Positions 27,453 through 36,678 of a DNA stretch of 52,713 nt are shown here, piece after piece (positions within the stretch are counted from its first letter, which is position 1; every line of letters begins with the position of its first letter). A program made the position numbers and the translations under genes. A model generated the notes under the pieces. It did not search any database. It saw only the letters and a program-made list of their open reading frames with translations, and was not told the origin of the DNA. The stretch comes from an uncultured Oscillospiraceae bacterium (GTDB lineage: Bacteria; Bacillota; Clostridia; Oscillospirales; Oscillospiraceae), in contig CAYMPY010000001.1 in assembly GCA_964392535.1 (NCBI GenBank), forward strand, positions 1-52,713, given 5' to 3'.

Positions 27453-28541
27453 ATGCAGATTTTTAAGGACCGGCAGGCATTGCACCAGATCCCGGAGCTG
27501 GACAGAACCTTGCCCCAGACCCTGCGGTATGTGACCGAGCAGCTGCAAAAGCTCAAGTGCCATGTGTTTTCACCCATGGAGGGTGCGTTGTGCGCCTGGT
27601 TTGACTTTGGTGCAGACAGTACCATCGCCTTCCGCACCGATGCAGATGCTTTGCCTATTGTAGAAAATTCAGGCCTGCCCTTCGCTTCTCAGAACCCCGG
27701 CAGGATGCACGCCTGCGGCCACGACGGCCATATGGCCATTGCCCTGGAGCTGGCTCGCCGGTTAGATGGTAAGGAAAATATGAAGAAAAATGTGCTGATC
27801 GTGTTCCAGCCTGCGGAGGAGACCACCGGCGGCGCAAGGGATCTGTGCGCAACCGGCATTTTTAAGCACTACGGTGTGGAGGCTATTTTCGGTCTGCACC
27901 TGTGGCCCGGTCTTGCGGAGGGTGAGATCTTCAGCCGCTGCAATGAAATGATGAGCCGCTCCTGCGAGGTGAAGGTAGATATTGTGGGCCGTTCTGCCCA
28001 TATAGCCAAGGCCGAAGAGGGTCTGGATGCTATGGCTGCCGGTGTGGATTTCTACAGCCGTGCCATGGCTATGGAGCGGGCACTGCCTAAGAGTGTGTTC
28101 CGGCTTCTGAAATTCGGTAAGCTCCAGTCCGGCACGGTTTGTAATGCCATCTCCGGCCATACCCGTTTGGAGGGCAGCCTTCGTGCGTTCCAGGACGATG
28201 TGTTTTACTCCCTGCGGGCAGGCTTGGTGTCCATCGGCAAGGCCGTGGAGCGCAATACCGGCTGTACCGTGTCCATTTATATGAACGATGGCTATCCTCC
28301 GGTGATGAATCCGCAGAAGCTTTATAAAAAAGTGCGGAGCATGGTGGATTTTAAAGAACTGGCCGCCCCCAGCATGATCACCGAGGACTTCTCCTGGTAT
28401 CAGAAGACCCTGCCCGGTATGTTCTTCTTCCTGGGCATCGGCAATACCCCGGCTCTTCACGCCGACGACTTTAACTTTAACGAAGAAGTCCTCCTGAAAG
28501 GCGCAGACCTCTTTGAGGCCATTGCAGAAAGATATGAATAA
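27453..28541 (+). CDS. M20 amidohydrolase, probable N-acetyl-diaminopimelate deacetylase
   Basis: RQALHQIPE, FRTDADALP, MHACGHDGH, FQPAEE and TEDFS; divergent from the dapH remnant; GGAGG RBS before ATG 27453. Confidence 0.88.
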   Translation: MQIFKDRQALHQIPELDRTLPQTLRYVTEQLQKLKCHVFSPMEGALCAWFDFGADSTIAFRTDADALPIVENSGLPFASQNPGRMHACGHDGHMAIALELARRLDGKENMKKNVLIVFQPAEETTGGARDLCATGIFKHYGVEAIFGLHLWPGLAEGEIFSRCNEMMSRSCEVKVDIVGRSAHIAKAEEGLDAMAAGVDFYSRAMAMERALPKSVFRLLKFGKLQSGTVCNAISGHTRLEGSLRAFQDDVFYSLRAGLVSIGKAVERNTGCTVSIYMNDGYPPVMNPQKLYKKVRSMVDFKELAAPSMITEDFSWYQKTLPGMFFFLGIGNTPALHADDFNFNEEVLLKGADLFEAIAERYE

Positions 28542-28572
28542 GAATAACGGCACTGTCTCAAAATGATTAATC

Positions 28573-28682
28573 GTAGGGACACCCGTCCTCGGGTGTCCGA
28601 GGAAACCGTAGAAAAAAAGGGTAACCGGTACATTTTTGTACCGGTTACCCTTTTTTCAGACACTCCGGAGGAGTGTCCCTAC
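28573..28682. repeat. GTAG REP doublet enclosing a bidirectional terminator-like hairpin
   Basis: gtagggacacccgtcctcgggtgtccg ... cagacactccggaggagtgtccctac with inner aaaaaagggtaaccggtaca / tgtaccggttaccctttttt. Confidence 0.78.
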
Positions 28683-28688
28683 AATGGT

Positions 28689-29396
28689 TTATATACTGCG
28701 ATGGAGATTAAAGGAATACTTATCCGTGCGGTAATAACTCCGCTTGTGCTCTACGGCTTCCATACGGCTGTTGTAAATGACCGTTTCCAGCACCAGCACC
28801 GCTGTGCCCACCGGGATATGGAGCATTTGGCTGATCTCAGTGTCTGCATTGACGGCAATGATCTTCTGATCCATTTTGCCGATGGCGGTCATGGCAACCG
28901 GGTATAAGTCAAAGGTGGAAAAGGCTTTTCCTGCTGCCTCTGCCTCCCGGGCGGCCTCATAAAAACGGCTTGCCAGCGGCTTTGTGATGCTGCAATCGTA
29001 AAAGACCACCGGCTCCCCGTCGGCAAAGCCCAACAGCATCAGCCGGGAGGCGTTTTCATGCTCCGTGCACCGCTGATCGAAGCCTGCGATTTTGGTGTAG
29101 CCGCTGTAGCCCTGCTGGGCGAGGGTTTCTGCAAAGGTTTGAATGTGCACCAAGTTGCTGCGCATTTTGGGCGCGCTTACAAAGCTGCCCTTGCCCTGAA
29201 AGGAGCGGATCAGGCCGTCGGCCTCCAGCATTTCCAGGGCCTTGCGGACCGGGATGCGGCTGACGGAAAACAGCTCGCACAGCTGCCGCTCCGAGGGCAG
29301 CTTGTCCCCATCGGCATAGCGACCCTCTTCTATTTGCCGCTGTATGTGATTTTTAACCTGCAGATATAAGGGTGCAGATGCAGCTTGTTTCGTCAT
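28689..29396 (-). CDS. GntR-family (HutC/UTRA) regulator
   Basis: PLYLQV...GDKLPSERQLCELFSVSRIPVRKAL...QGKGSFV followed by a UTRA-like C-terminus. Confidence 0.92.
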   Translation of the reverse strand: MTKQAASAPLYLQVKNHIQRQIEEGRYADGDKLPSERQLCELFSVSRIPVRKALEMLEADGLIRSFQGKGSFVSAPKMRSNLVHIQTFAETLAQQGYSGYTKIAGFDQRCTEHENASRLMLLGFADGEPVVFYDCSITKPLASRFYEAAREAEAAGKAFSTFDLYPVAMTAIGKMDQKIIAVNADTEISQMLHIPVGTAVLVLETVIYNSRMEAVEHKRSYYRTDKYSFNLHRSI

Positions 29397-29454
29397 TGGG
29401 AACACCTCCTGAAAAATAATACCATCTTGTTATCAAAATAGCAAGAACATTCTA

Positions 29455-29512
29455 TTGACTTTCCGGTTTTGGGGTGGTATAGTGCTCACATAACAACTTG
29501 TTATTACAAGTT
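29455..29512 (+). promoter_or_regulatory. Sigma-A promoter and GntR operator
   Basis: TTGACT-17-TGnTATAGT (29455-29483); near-perfect palindrome aacttgttattacaagtt at 29495-29512. Confidence 0.75.
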
Positions 29513-29532
29513 AGAATTTGGAGGATAAGATT

Positions 29533-30900
29533 ATGAAAAAGGATACCCTGCGTATTATTTCGCCCAACGGTCACTTAGGCTTTGCTCCCACCAAGGAAGA
29601 GAGCTTCTGGCTGGGTGCAGCCACCAAGCCGGACTACTACTGCTGCGACAGCGGCAGTGACGATATTGGTCCTGTGCCCCTGGGTGCGGACAAGTGCGCC
29701 AGCCACCCCGAGCATCAGAAGCACGACTTAGAGCTGATGCTGATCGCTGCCAGAGAGCAGAATGTGCCCATGATCATCGGCTCTGCCGGCGATACCGGCA
29801 CCAACTCCCGCGTGGATATGTATGTTGGCTTCATTAAGGAGATCGCCAAGAAGCATAACATGAAGCCCTTCAAGCTGGCTTACTTCTACTCCGAAGTGCC
29901 TACCTCTGAGATCCGTACCCGTATGGAAAACGGCCAGGTCATTGAGGGCCTGGATGGCCGTACCAACCTGACCATGGAGGAGCTGGACGGCACAGACCGC
30001 ATCGTTGCTGTTGCCGGTGTACATCCCTTCGTCAAGGCTCTGGAAATGGGCGCTGACGTCATCATCGGCGGCCGCAGCAGTGATGCCGCTGTGTTTGCTG
30101 CCGCTGCCATTTACGAAGGCTTCCCCGAAAATGTTTCCTACTACTGCGGCAAGGTGCTGGAGTGCGCCTCCTTCTGCTGCGAGCCCTACGGCGCAAAGGA
30201 ATCCGTTATCGGAACCATCACCAAGGACGATGTGAAGGTCACTGCCTGTGCACCCTTCCAGAAGTGCACCATCGCTTCCGTTGCAGGACACGCCATGTAC
30301 GAGCGTACCAACCCCTACTATGAGTATGTTGCCGGCGGTATGATGGACATGAGCCAGTGCCACTATGAGCAGTACGATGAAAAGACCTGCCGCATCACCG
30401 GCGCAAAGTTTGTCCCCATTGAAGGCAAGGTGAAGGTGAAGCTGGAAGGCTCCGGCAAGGTTGGCGAGCGGTACATGGGCATGGCCGGTATCCGTGACCC
30501 CTACACCATCAAGAACATCGACAAGGTCATTGACTGGGCAAAGTCCCAGGTCAAGGAGCGCCTGGGTGACAAGGATTACCAGCTGAGCTACCGCATCTTT
30601 GGTAAAAACGGCGTTATGGGTGACTTAGAGCCCATCAAGGAGACCAAGTCCCACGAGCTGCTGGTGGTGGTCGAGGGCGTTTCCAAGGACGACAAGGTTG
30701 CAGAGGAAGCAACCCTCATCGGCACCCGTCAGATCTTCTACGCCCGCCTGCCTGAGGTCAAGGGTACTGCCGGTACTGCTGCCTTCGTGCTGGACGAGGT
30801 CACCAAGATCTCTTCTGCTTACCGCTGGACACTGAACCACACCGTTGAGGTGGACGATCCCCTGGAGCTGTTCCCCATCACCATGATCGACGTCGAATAA
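29533..30900 (+). CDS. AtuA/DUF1446-family protein
   Basis: ISPNGHLGF, DSGSDDIGP, PMIIGSAGDTG, GADVIIGGRSSD, GKVLEC and SVAGHAMYE motifs. Confidence 0.85.
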   Translation: MKKDTLRIISPNGHLGFAPTKEESFWLGAATKPDYYCCDSGSDDIGPVPLGADKCASHPEHQKHDLELMLIAAREQNVPMIIGSAGDTGTNSRVDMYVGFIKEIAKKHNMKPFKLAYFYSEVPTSEIRTRMENGQVIEGLDGRTNLTMEELDGTDRIVAVAGVHPFVKALEMGADVIIGGRSSDAAVFAAAAIYEGFPENVSYYCGKVLECASFCCEPYGAKESVIGTITKDDVKVTACAPFQKCTIASVAGHAMYERTNPYYEYVAGGMMDMSQCHYEQYDEKTCRITGAKFVPIEGKVKVKLEGSGKVGERYMGMAGIRDPYTIKNIDKVIDWAKSQVKERLGDKDYQLSYRIFGKNGVMGDLEPIKETKSHELLVVVEGVSKDDKVAEEATLIGTRQIFYARLPEVKGTAGTAAFVLDEVTKISSAYRWTLNHTVEVDDPLELFPITMIDVE

Positions 30901-30913
30901 GGAGGACATTACA

Positions 30914-31240
30914 ATGAAGACTGTAAAGCTTGTTGATCTTGCAAAGACCATCCGCAGCAAAAATGCCGGTGTTGACCGCATTACCTTTGATATTATTTTC
31001 CGGGAGCCTGAGACCTACTTCATGGTCAAAAACTCCGGCGTGATCTCTCCCGACTCTGTCTGCGCTCTGTTCGGCGTGGAAAAGACCCGCCTGGCCGACT
31101 TCGTGGAGTTCGACCCCGGTCTGGCTATCAAGTTCACCTTCAACCGCACAAAGCCCTCCGGCTCCTTCGGCGAGGGTGACGTGTTCGGCTGCCAGCAGTA
31201 TCCGCCTCTGTACGATTTCGAGATTCCTGTAGCTGAATAA
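30914..31240 (+). CDS. DUF4387-family protein
   Basis: LAKTIRSKNAG...ITFDIIF...AIKFT...GDVFGCQQYPPL. Confidence 0.85.
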   Translation: MKTVKLVDLAKTIRSKNAGVDRITFDIIFREPETYFMVKNSGVISPDSVCALFGVEKTRLADFVEFDPGLAIKFTFNRTKPSGSFGEGDVFGCQQYPPLYDFEIPVAE

Positions 31241-31244
31241 TTAT

Positions 31245-32630
31245 ATGCTTACGCTACCGACTGTAATGGGCGCACTGGCAGCATTGCTGCTGGTGGCCCT
31301 TACCGGCGTTTATGCCGGTAAAAAGGTAAAAAACGCCGGTGATTTTACCGGCGGCAGCAAAATGGGCACGGCCATGATCGCCGGGTCTTTGGTGGGCACG
31401 CTGGTAGGCGGCGCATCCACCATTGGTACAGCCCAGCTGGCTTTTACCTACGGCTTTTCCGCCTGGTGGTTTACACTGGGCGGCGGCATCGGTCTGTTTA
31501 TACTGGCACTGTTATTTGCCGGGCCCATGTACCGTGGCGGCTACCGTACACTGCCCCAAATTTTAAGTAAAGCCTACGGAAAAAACATTGCCACACTGGC
31601 TGCGGTGCTGATGTCGGTTGGTACATTCATCAGCATCCTGAGTCAGCTTCTGTCCGGACAGGCACTGATCACCTCCGTTGCTCCTTTGGGCAAATTGGGT
31701 GCGCTGGGCCTTACCGTGGTGCTGATGGTCATTTATGTGATCTTCGGCGGCGCCTGGGGCGCAGGCATGGTGGGCATCGTCAAAACCGTGCTGCTGTACG
31801 CCGCCACCATCATGTGCGGCATTATGTGCTTGACACTGTCGGGGGAGGGTGGTATTTTAGGTACACTACCCCGTGAGCAATACTTAAACCTGTTTGCAAG
31901 AGGTCTGTGGAAGGACGGCGGCGCAGGTGTTTCGCTGCTGTTGGGTGTGCTGACCACCCAGGCCTACATTTTGCCGGTCATGAGCGGCAAAACACTGAAA
32001 ACCGCCAAGGCCGGTGCGCTGTTGGGCGGTGTGCTGACGGTGGTCGTGGGCATTGCAGGTATCTTTGTTGGCATGTTTATGCGCCAGCACTTCCCGGATA
32101 TGGATGCGGCTGCCGCAATGCCTGTATTTATCATAAAGTTTTTGCCGGGCTTCCCGGCCGGTGTTGCGCTGGCAACCCTACTCATTGCCATTGTGGGCAC
32201 AGGCGCAGGCCTTTCTTTGGGCATCAGCTCCATGCTAAGCAGTGACATTTATAAAACCGTCCTTCGGCCCAAAGCCTCTGATAAAGAATTGCTTTGGGTG
32301 TCCCGGGGGATCATCGGAGCGGTGCTGCTTCTGGCGGCATGGCTCAGCTTGGGTGAGGCCGGCTCTCTGATCCTTGGGTGGAGCTTTTTGTCCATGGGTC
32401 TGCGGGGCGCAGTGGCCTTTATCCCCATGTGCTTTGCACTTTTTGTAAAAAAGCCTGTTCCACGGCCCTTTGCGGTGGCTTCCATGATCGCAGGACCGGC
32501 ACTGGTCATTGCAGGACAGTATATTCTGCCTGCACATATCGACTCCCTGTTTTTGGGTATTGCCGGTGCCCTTGTGATCTGCACTGCAGGCTGGCTGTGT
32601 GCTATATTGAGGAGGAAGAACCATGTATGA
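31245..32630 (+). CDS. Sodium:solute symporter family protein
   Basis: ~13 TM segments; [17 protein letters not shown] and YVIFGG motifs. Confidence 0.88.
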   Translation: MLTLPTVMGALAALLLVALTGVYAGKKVKNAGDFTGGSKMGTAMIAGSLVGTLVGGASTIGTAQLAFTYGFSAWWFTLGGGIGLFILALLFAGPMYRGGYRTLPQILSKAYGKNIATLAAVLMSVGTFISILSQLLSGQALITSVAPLGKLGALGLTVVLMVIYVIFGGAWGAGMVGIVKTVLLYAATIMCGIMCLTLSGEGGILGTLPREQYLNLFARGLWKDGGAGVSLLLGVLTTQAYILPVMSGKTLKTAKAGALLGGVLTVVVGIAGIFVGMFMRQHFPDMDAAAAMPVFIIKFLPGFPAGVALATLLIAIVGTGAGLSLGISSMLSSDIYKTVLRPKASDKELLWVSRGIIGAVLLLAAWLSLGEAGSLILGWSFLSMGLRGAVAFIPMCFALFVKKPVPRPFAVASMIAGPALVIAGQYILPAHIDSLFLGIAGALVICTAGWLCAILRRKNHV

Positions 32631-34245
32631 TCTTTTAATCAAAAACGGTACGGTCATTGACGGCACCGGCAAAGAGCGGTATGTGGCCGATGTGGCCATT
32701 TCCGGCAATACCATTGCTGCCATTGGTGATTTAGGTGATGCCGAGGCTGTTAAGACCGTGGATGCAACCGGCAGAATTGTCTGTCCCGGCTTTATCGATG
32801 CCCACGGCCATTCGGACTTTACGCTGTTTGTCAATAACAAGGGTGAGAGCAAGGTCCGCCAGGGTATTACCACTGAGGTCACCGGTAACTGCGGCTTCAC
32901 TGCCGCCCCCTTTACAGAGGATCACCGGGACGATTTGTTTTCCTATCTTGCAAATACCATCGTGCTGCAGGGTGAGCAGCGTGAAAACTGGCGCTGGACG
33001 ACCCAAAACGAGTTTTTGGAGCACTCTGCCAAGGATGGCCTGAGCTTTAATATTGTGCCCCTGGTTGGTCAGGGCATGATCCATGTGGGCGTTATGGGCT
33101 TTGAGGACCGGGACCCCACCGAGGCCGAGCTGGAGCGGATGAAGACCATGCTCCGTGCGGAGATGGACAAGGGCTTCTTCGGCCTGAGTATGGCCTACGC
33201 CTACGAGCCTGCGGAAAGTATCCGCCAAAGTGAAATTGATGCCCTTTTGGGTGTTGTGAAGGAATATGACGGCATTTACACCGTCCATATGAAAAACGAG
33301 CATAATAACGTCTTAGGCTCTGTGAAAGATACCATCGGCTACGCAAAGCGTACCGGCGTGAACCTGCAGATCTCCCACATGAAGGCCAAGTATAAGGCGA
33401 ACTGGGGCAAGGCAGGGGAGGCCATGAAGATGGTGGAGCAGGCAAGAGCCGAGGGCGTGGATGTGGATTTTGATGTCTACCCCTATACCGCCTACGGCAG
33501 TGGCCTCATTGATGTGATTCCCCCCTGGGTCAAAAAGGACGGCGCACGGATCATGTGCGAGCGGCTGCAGGTGCCGGAACTGCGGCAGAAGGCACTGCAC
33601 GATATGGAATTTGGTATCGACGGCTGGGAGACCATCTTAAAGAGCGAGGGCTGGGCAGATTGCATTCAGATCGCTACCCTGAAAACCGATAAAAACCGCC
33701 ACTTAGAGGGCAAGTTTATATCCGAGATTGCGGAAATTTGGGGCTGCACCCCCTATGAGGCGGTTGTGGACCTGATGGTTCAGGAGGATGCCTCCATTAA
33801 GTGCGTGTGGTTTGCTATGAATGAGGAGGAGCTGCAGAGCATCATGACCCATCCCCTTGCCATGTTCGGCACCGATGGCCGTGCCTGTGCCACCTACGGC
33901 CCTCTGTCCATTGGCATGGTCCATCCCCGGTACTACAGCACCTATCCCCGGATCATGGGCCACTATGCCCGGGACTTAAAGCTGTTTACCCTGGAGGAGG
34001 CCATCAAGAAGTCCACCTCCGTACCTGCAAAGAAGTTCCGCATTAACCGCCGGGGCATTCTGCAGGAGGGAAACTTTGCCGATATCGTTATTTTTGATCC
34101 CGAGAACATTCGGGAGGTGGGCGTATTCGGTAATCCCCACCATTACCCCGAGGGCATCGACGCCGTCATCGTCAACGGTAAGACCGTCATTGACCACGGT
34201 GAGCACACCGGCACGCTCCCCGGCGAGATTTTGAGAAAGAAATAA
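32623..34245 (+). CDS. N-acyl-D-amino-acid deacylase (D-aminoacylase) family amidohydrolase
   Basis: [44 protein letters not shown] and [10 protein letters not shown] motifs. Confidence 0.92.
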   Translation: MYDLLIKNGTVIDGTGKERYVADVAISGNTIAAIGDLGDAEAVKTVDATGRIVCPGFIDAHGHSDFTLFVNNKGESKVRQGITTEVTGNCGFTAAPFTEDHRDDLFSYLANTIVLQGEQRENWRWTTQNEFLEHSAKDGLSFNIVPLVGQGMIHVGVMGFEDRDPTEAELERMKTMLRAEMDKGFFGLSMAYAYEPAESIRQSEIDALLGVVKEYDGIYTVHMKNEHNNVLGSVKDTIGYAKRTGVNLQISHMKAKYKANWGKAGEAMKMVEQARAEGVDVDFDVYPYTAYGSGLIDVIPPWVKKDGARIMCERLQVPELRQKALHDMEFGIDGWETILKSEGWADCIQIATLKTDKNRHLEGKFISEIAEIWGCTPYEAVVDLMVQEDASIKCVWFAMNEEELQSIMTHPLAMFGTDGRACATYGPLSIGMVHPRYYSTYPRIMGHYARDLKLFTLEEAIKKSTSVPAKKFRINRRGILQEGNFADIVIFDPENIREVGVFGNPHHYPEGIDAVIVNGKTVIDHGEHTGTLPGEILRKK

Positions 34246-34252
34246 TAATTGC

Positions 34253-34389
34253 TGTCATTCTGAGCGAAGCGAAGAATCCGTTTTCTGTGTTTGGAGAACG
34301 GATTCTTCGTCGCTTTGCTCCTCAGAATGACAGCCTTTTCGTTAGGGTGATACTTAACTTAATGACATTGGAGCAAGCCCCCGCCCCAC
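34253..34389. repeat. GTCAT-REP doublet + MITE-like right end + half GTAG REP
   Basis: tgtcattctgagcgaagcgaagaatccg ... cggattcttcg...ctcagaatgaca, then cttaacttaatgacattg (34353-34370) abutting gagcaagcccccgccccac. Confidence 0.75.
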
Positions 34390-34604
34390 ATGGGCATTTA
34401 CCTCCGTGTGTCCTTTGGGCCTGCATCGATGGGGGTACACGGGTCAATGTGGTCATCAGCTCTTACATCGTTACGCATCTTGCACAAATTATGCTACTTG
34501 GATCGAAAGTTTTTCGTCATCTTAAACAATTTTTTGTTGACATCTTTTTGTGCATCTATTATAATGTAATTGAGAAATATTGAAAGGAGGTAATCTCTGT
34601 TGAT

Positions 34605-35177
34605 ATGGGTGGTGTGGAGAAATTGATAAAAAAACACTTCTGGCTCGTTATTATTCTTCTTATAATCTGTTGTACAGCAATCATAACATTTAATTTGCAG
34701 CAAAACAGCCTGACTCTTCAGTTCAAAAAACAGGGATATGACACAAATGACATTGAAGAAATATATATAAGCGCCTGCAACGATAACACAGAATATGCAG
34801 TTTGCGCAACGAACACTGCAGAAGGAGATCCCGTACTTGTTCTTGCAGAAAAAAACAGCCTGGGGTTTTGGCGTATTACAAAAGCCAAAAAAATTACCGA
34901 TGAAAACCCATTCGATGCAATCGCTTTGCTTAACGTTTCAGATATCAGCAGATTTGATTATGATTCAGATATGACACAGCGGTGTCAATGGCACTATTTT
35001 TATTGTGGAAACGATGCCATTAAAAGTTTGGATGCCCTTCAAACACTTATGCCGGAAAATGTAGCAGTGAATGTTCGACAGGCCGGTTCGGAATATCTTA
35101 TTCATGTTATTGCCTTTGAACAAACAGACCTTGATGTCAGAGCCGTGCTGTGTGAGAATGCATTCGTAGCTTTATGA
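34605..35177 (+). CDS. Hypothetical membrane-anchored protein (AT-rich, paralog 1)
   Basis: AAGGAGG RBS and TTGACA/TATAAT upstream; N-terminal TM helix; shares LGFWxIT, RxDY, WxYxxCGxDA and P.N..V.[VI]RQ.GS.YLI with the next ORF. Confidence 0.75.
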   Translation: MGGVEKLIKKHFWLVIILLIICCTAIITFNLQQNSLTLQFKKQGYDTNDIEEIYISACNDNTEYAVCATNTAEGDPVLVLAEKNSLGFWRITKAKKITDENPFDAIALLNVSDISRFDYDSDMTQRCQWHYFYCGNDAIKSLDALQTLMPENVAVNVRQAGSEYLIHVIAFEQTDLDVRAVLCENAFVAL

Positions 35178-35201
35178 CCCAAAACGAATCAAGGTGAAAA
35201 A

Positions 35202-35747
35202 ATGAAGATCAATAAAACTGTTTTTATCTGCGCAGGAATAATCCTCCTGTTGCTCCTGGCATTCTTTTTAATACAGCATAGCAGCTTGAAGCTTTCCTTA
35301 TTATTTCATAAACTGGATACGTCGTCTGTCCATTATATTGAAAAAAAGGTAACGACAGAAGAAGAAACCTACTGCGTTGTGCAGACGAAAACTACTTCGG
35401 GAGATTGGGCGTTGGTATATGCTAAGCTGACCCCCTTGGGCTTTTGGACAATAACCAACATTCAATCCGGTCGCGACTTTTCCGCATTAGAGTGGAGTCA
35501 GCCGGCAGGGGTGCGCCGCTATGATTATAAAGAGAATCCCGTATTTGAAAGAAAGTGGAATTATGTATGCTGCGGCAGTGATGCTGTAGGTAATATTCAA
35601 ATTCCGGACGATCAATTGCCTCCAAACGCCACTGTTCAAATACGGCAAACCGGTTCCGTATATCTTATCCGCATTATATATTTCAGTGAAGATCCGTTCA
35701 GCGAAATAGATGTACACACCGTCATTTCTTCCGTTGACAACAAATAA
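35202..35747 (+). CDS. Hypothetical membrane-anchored protein (AT-rich, paralog 2)
   Basis: N-terminal TM helix; same shared motifs as 34605-35177. Confidence 0.75.
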   Translation: MKINKTVFICAGIILLLLLAFFLIQHSSLKLSLLFHKLDTSSVHYIEKKVTTEEETYCVVQTKTTSGDWALVYAKLTPLGFWTITNIQSGRDFSALEWSQPAGVRRYDYKENPVFERKWNYVCCGSDAVGNIQIPDDQLPPNATVQIRQTGSVYLIRIIYFSEDPFSEIDVHTVISSVDNK

Positions 35748-35752
35748 AACAT

Positions 35753-35790
35753 CGCCGACCGTCAAAGCTCCTTTGACGGTCGGCGGTTTT
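35753..35790 (+). terminator. Intrinsic terminator
   Basis: cgccgaccgtcaaag / ctttgacggtcggcg stem + T-run. Confidence 0.8.
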
Positions 35791-35825
35791 CGTGCTTTAG
35801 GGGAATGTTAGGGTACAGTACCGGT

Positions 35826-35879
35826 ATCGACCACGGCGAACATACCGGTGTCATGCCCGGCGAGATTTTGAGAAAGTAA
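35826..35879 (+). pseudogene. Duplicated 3' tail of the D-aminoacylase gene
   Basis: Encodes [17 protein letters not shown] versus [18 protein letters not shown] at 34189-34245; 41/51 nt identical by hand count. Confidence 0.85.
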
Positions 35880-35880
35880 A

Positions 35881-35936
35881 AACGCAGAACGCAGAGTGCA
35901 GAACGGTTTTTCACTGTTCTGCACTCTGCGTTTTTT
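35881..35936. repeat. Heptamer-repeat hairpin (gcagaac/gcagagt), terminator-like; related array at 36355-36390
   Basis: aacgcagaacgcagagtgcagaac ... gttctgcactctgcgtttttt. Confidence 0.65.
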
Positions 35937-35975
35937 GGTTTTGTGTAATGAACTGCCCCGTGTCCGGTTATACAG

Positions 35976-36116
35976 CTATTTGTTTTTTAAATGCTCCTTT
36001 AAAATGAGATTGATGTACTGAGATAAGGAACGGTCGTCTTTATCTGCTTCGTATCGAATCTTTTCAAGAATATCACTATCTATAGTAATGCTGATTTTCT
36101 CTTTTAGCGGTTTCAT
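35976..36116 (-). CDS. 46-aa ribbon-helix-helix (CopG/Arc-like) DNA-binding protein
   Basis: Manual translation MKPLKEKISITIDSDILEKIRYEADKDDRSLSQYINLILKEHLKNK* (below ORF-track cutoff); alternating beta-strand followed by RSLSQYI helix; GGTGA RBS. Confidence 0.82.
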   Translation of the reverse strand: MKPLKEKISITIDSDILEKIRYEADKDDRSLSQYINLILKEHLKNK

Positions 36117-36158
36117 AACATCACCCGATTGAATTATACAATATCGTAGGATGAAATA

Positions 36159-36193
36159 TTGACAAGTAGTATAAAGTAGTATAAAATACTACT
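36159..36193 (+). promoter_or_regulatory. Sigma-A promoter overlapped by AGTAGTAT repeats (probable RHH operator)
   Basis: TTGACA(36159)-17-TAAAAT(36182); agtagtat twice direct plus atactact inverted. Confidence 0.65.
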
Positions 36194-36389
36194 AATTAAT
36201 AACCCATCACAAAATGCACAGTGAAAAATGAGTCAGAAATGCTCAGAATGACATGGTGCTCTAAACACTTTCTCTGTCATTTTGCATTTATCTGCATCCG
36301 CAGGGTCGATGTGGGCATCGACCCTGACAAAGCAGGATTGGCGTGGTGCATAGTTCTTCGTTCTGCACTCTGCACTCTGCGTTCTGCAT

Positions 36390-36485
36390 TTATTTCCGTG
36401 TCTCCTTCGGGCCTGCATGAATGATGGGCGGCTTGGGGTCGGTGACCTCGAAAATGGGGGATTTGGGCTCTTCTTGTTTTTTCAT
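36390..36485 (-). CDS. Putative 31-aa small protein
   Basis: AAAGGAGG RBS 7 nt before ATG; MKKQEEPKSPIFEVTDPKPPIIHAGPKETRK*. Confidence 0.45.
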   Translation of the reverse strand: MKKQEEPKSPIFEVTDPKPPIIHAGPKETRK

Positions 36486-36593
36486 GGCGTTTCCTCCTTT
36501 TTTTATAGGTTTTCCGCTGTGGTGATGAATATACCTATACAAAAAAGTTATAGAAGTATAAAAAATTTCCATGAATTTTGTAACTATTTTTAA

Positions 36594-36622
36594 TTGACCG
36601 TTTGTGCAGTTTGTTGTAAAAT
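36594..36622 (+). promoter_or_regulatory. Sigma-A promoter for the ceramidase-like cluster
   Basis: TTGACC-17-TAAAAT. Confidence 0.6.
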
Positions 36623-36678
36623 AGAAGAGGAAAACTATACCCAAAATTCTATTTCATTCATTGGAAAGGTCAATAATT

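Noticed and set aside
35976..36116. Type II toxin-antitoxin module
   Set aside because: No adjacent toxin-sized ORF with RelE, PIN, HicA or similar motifs
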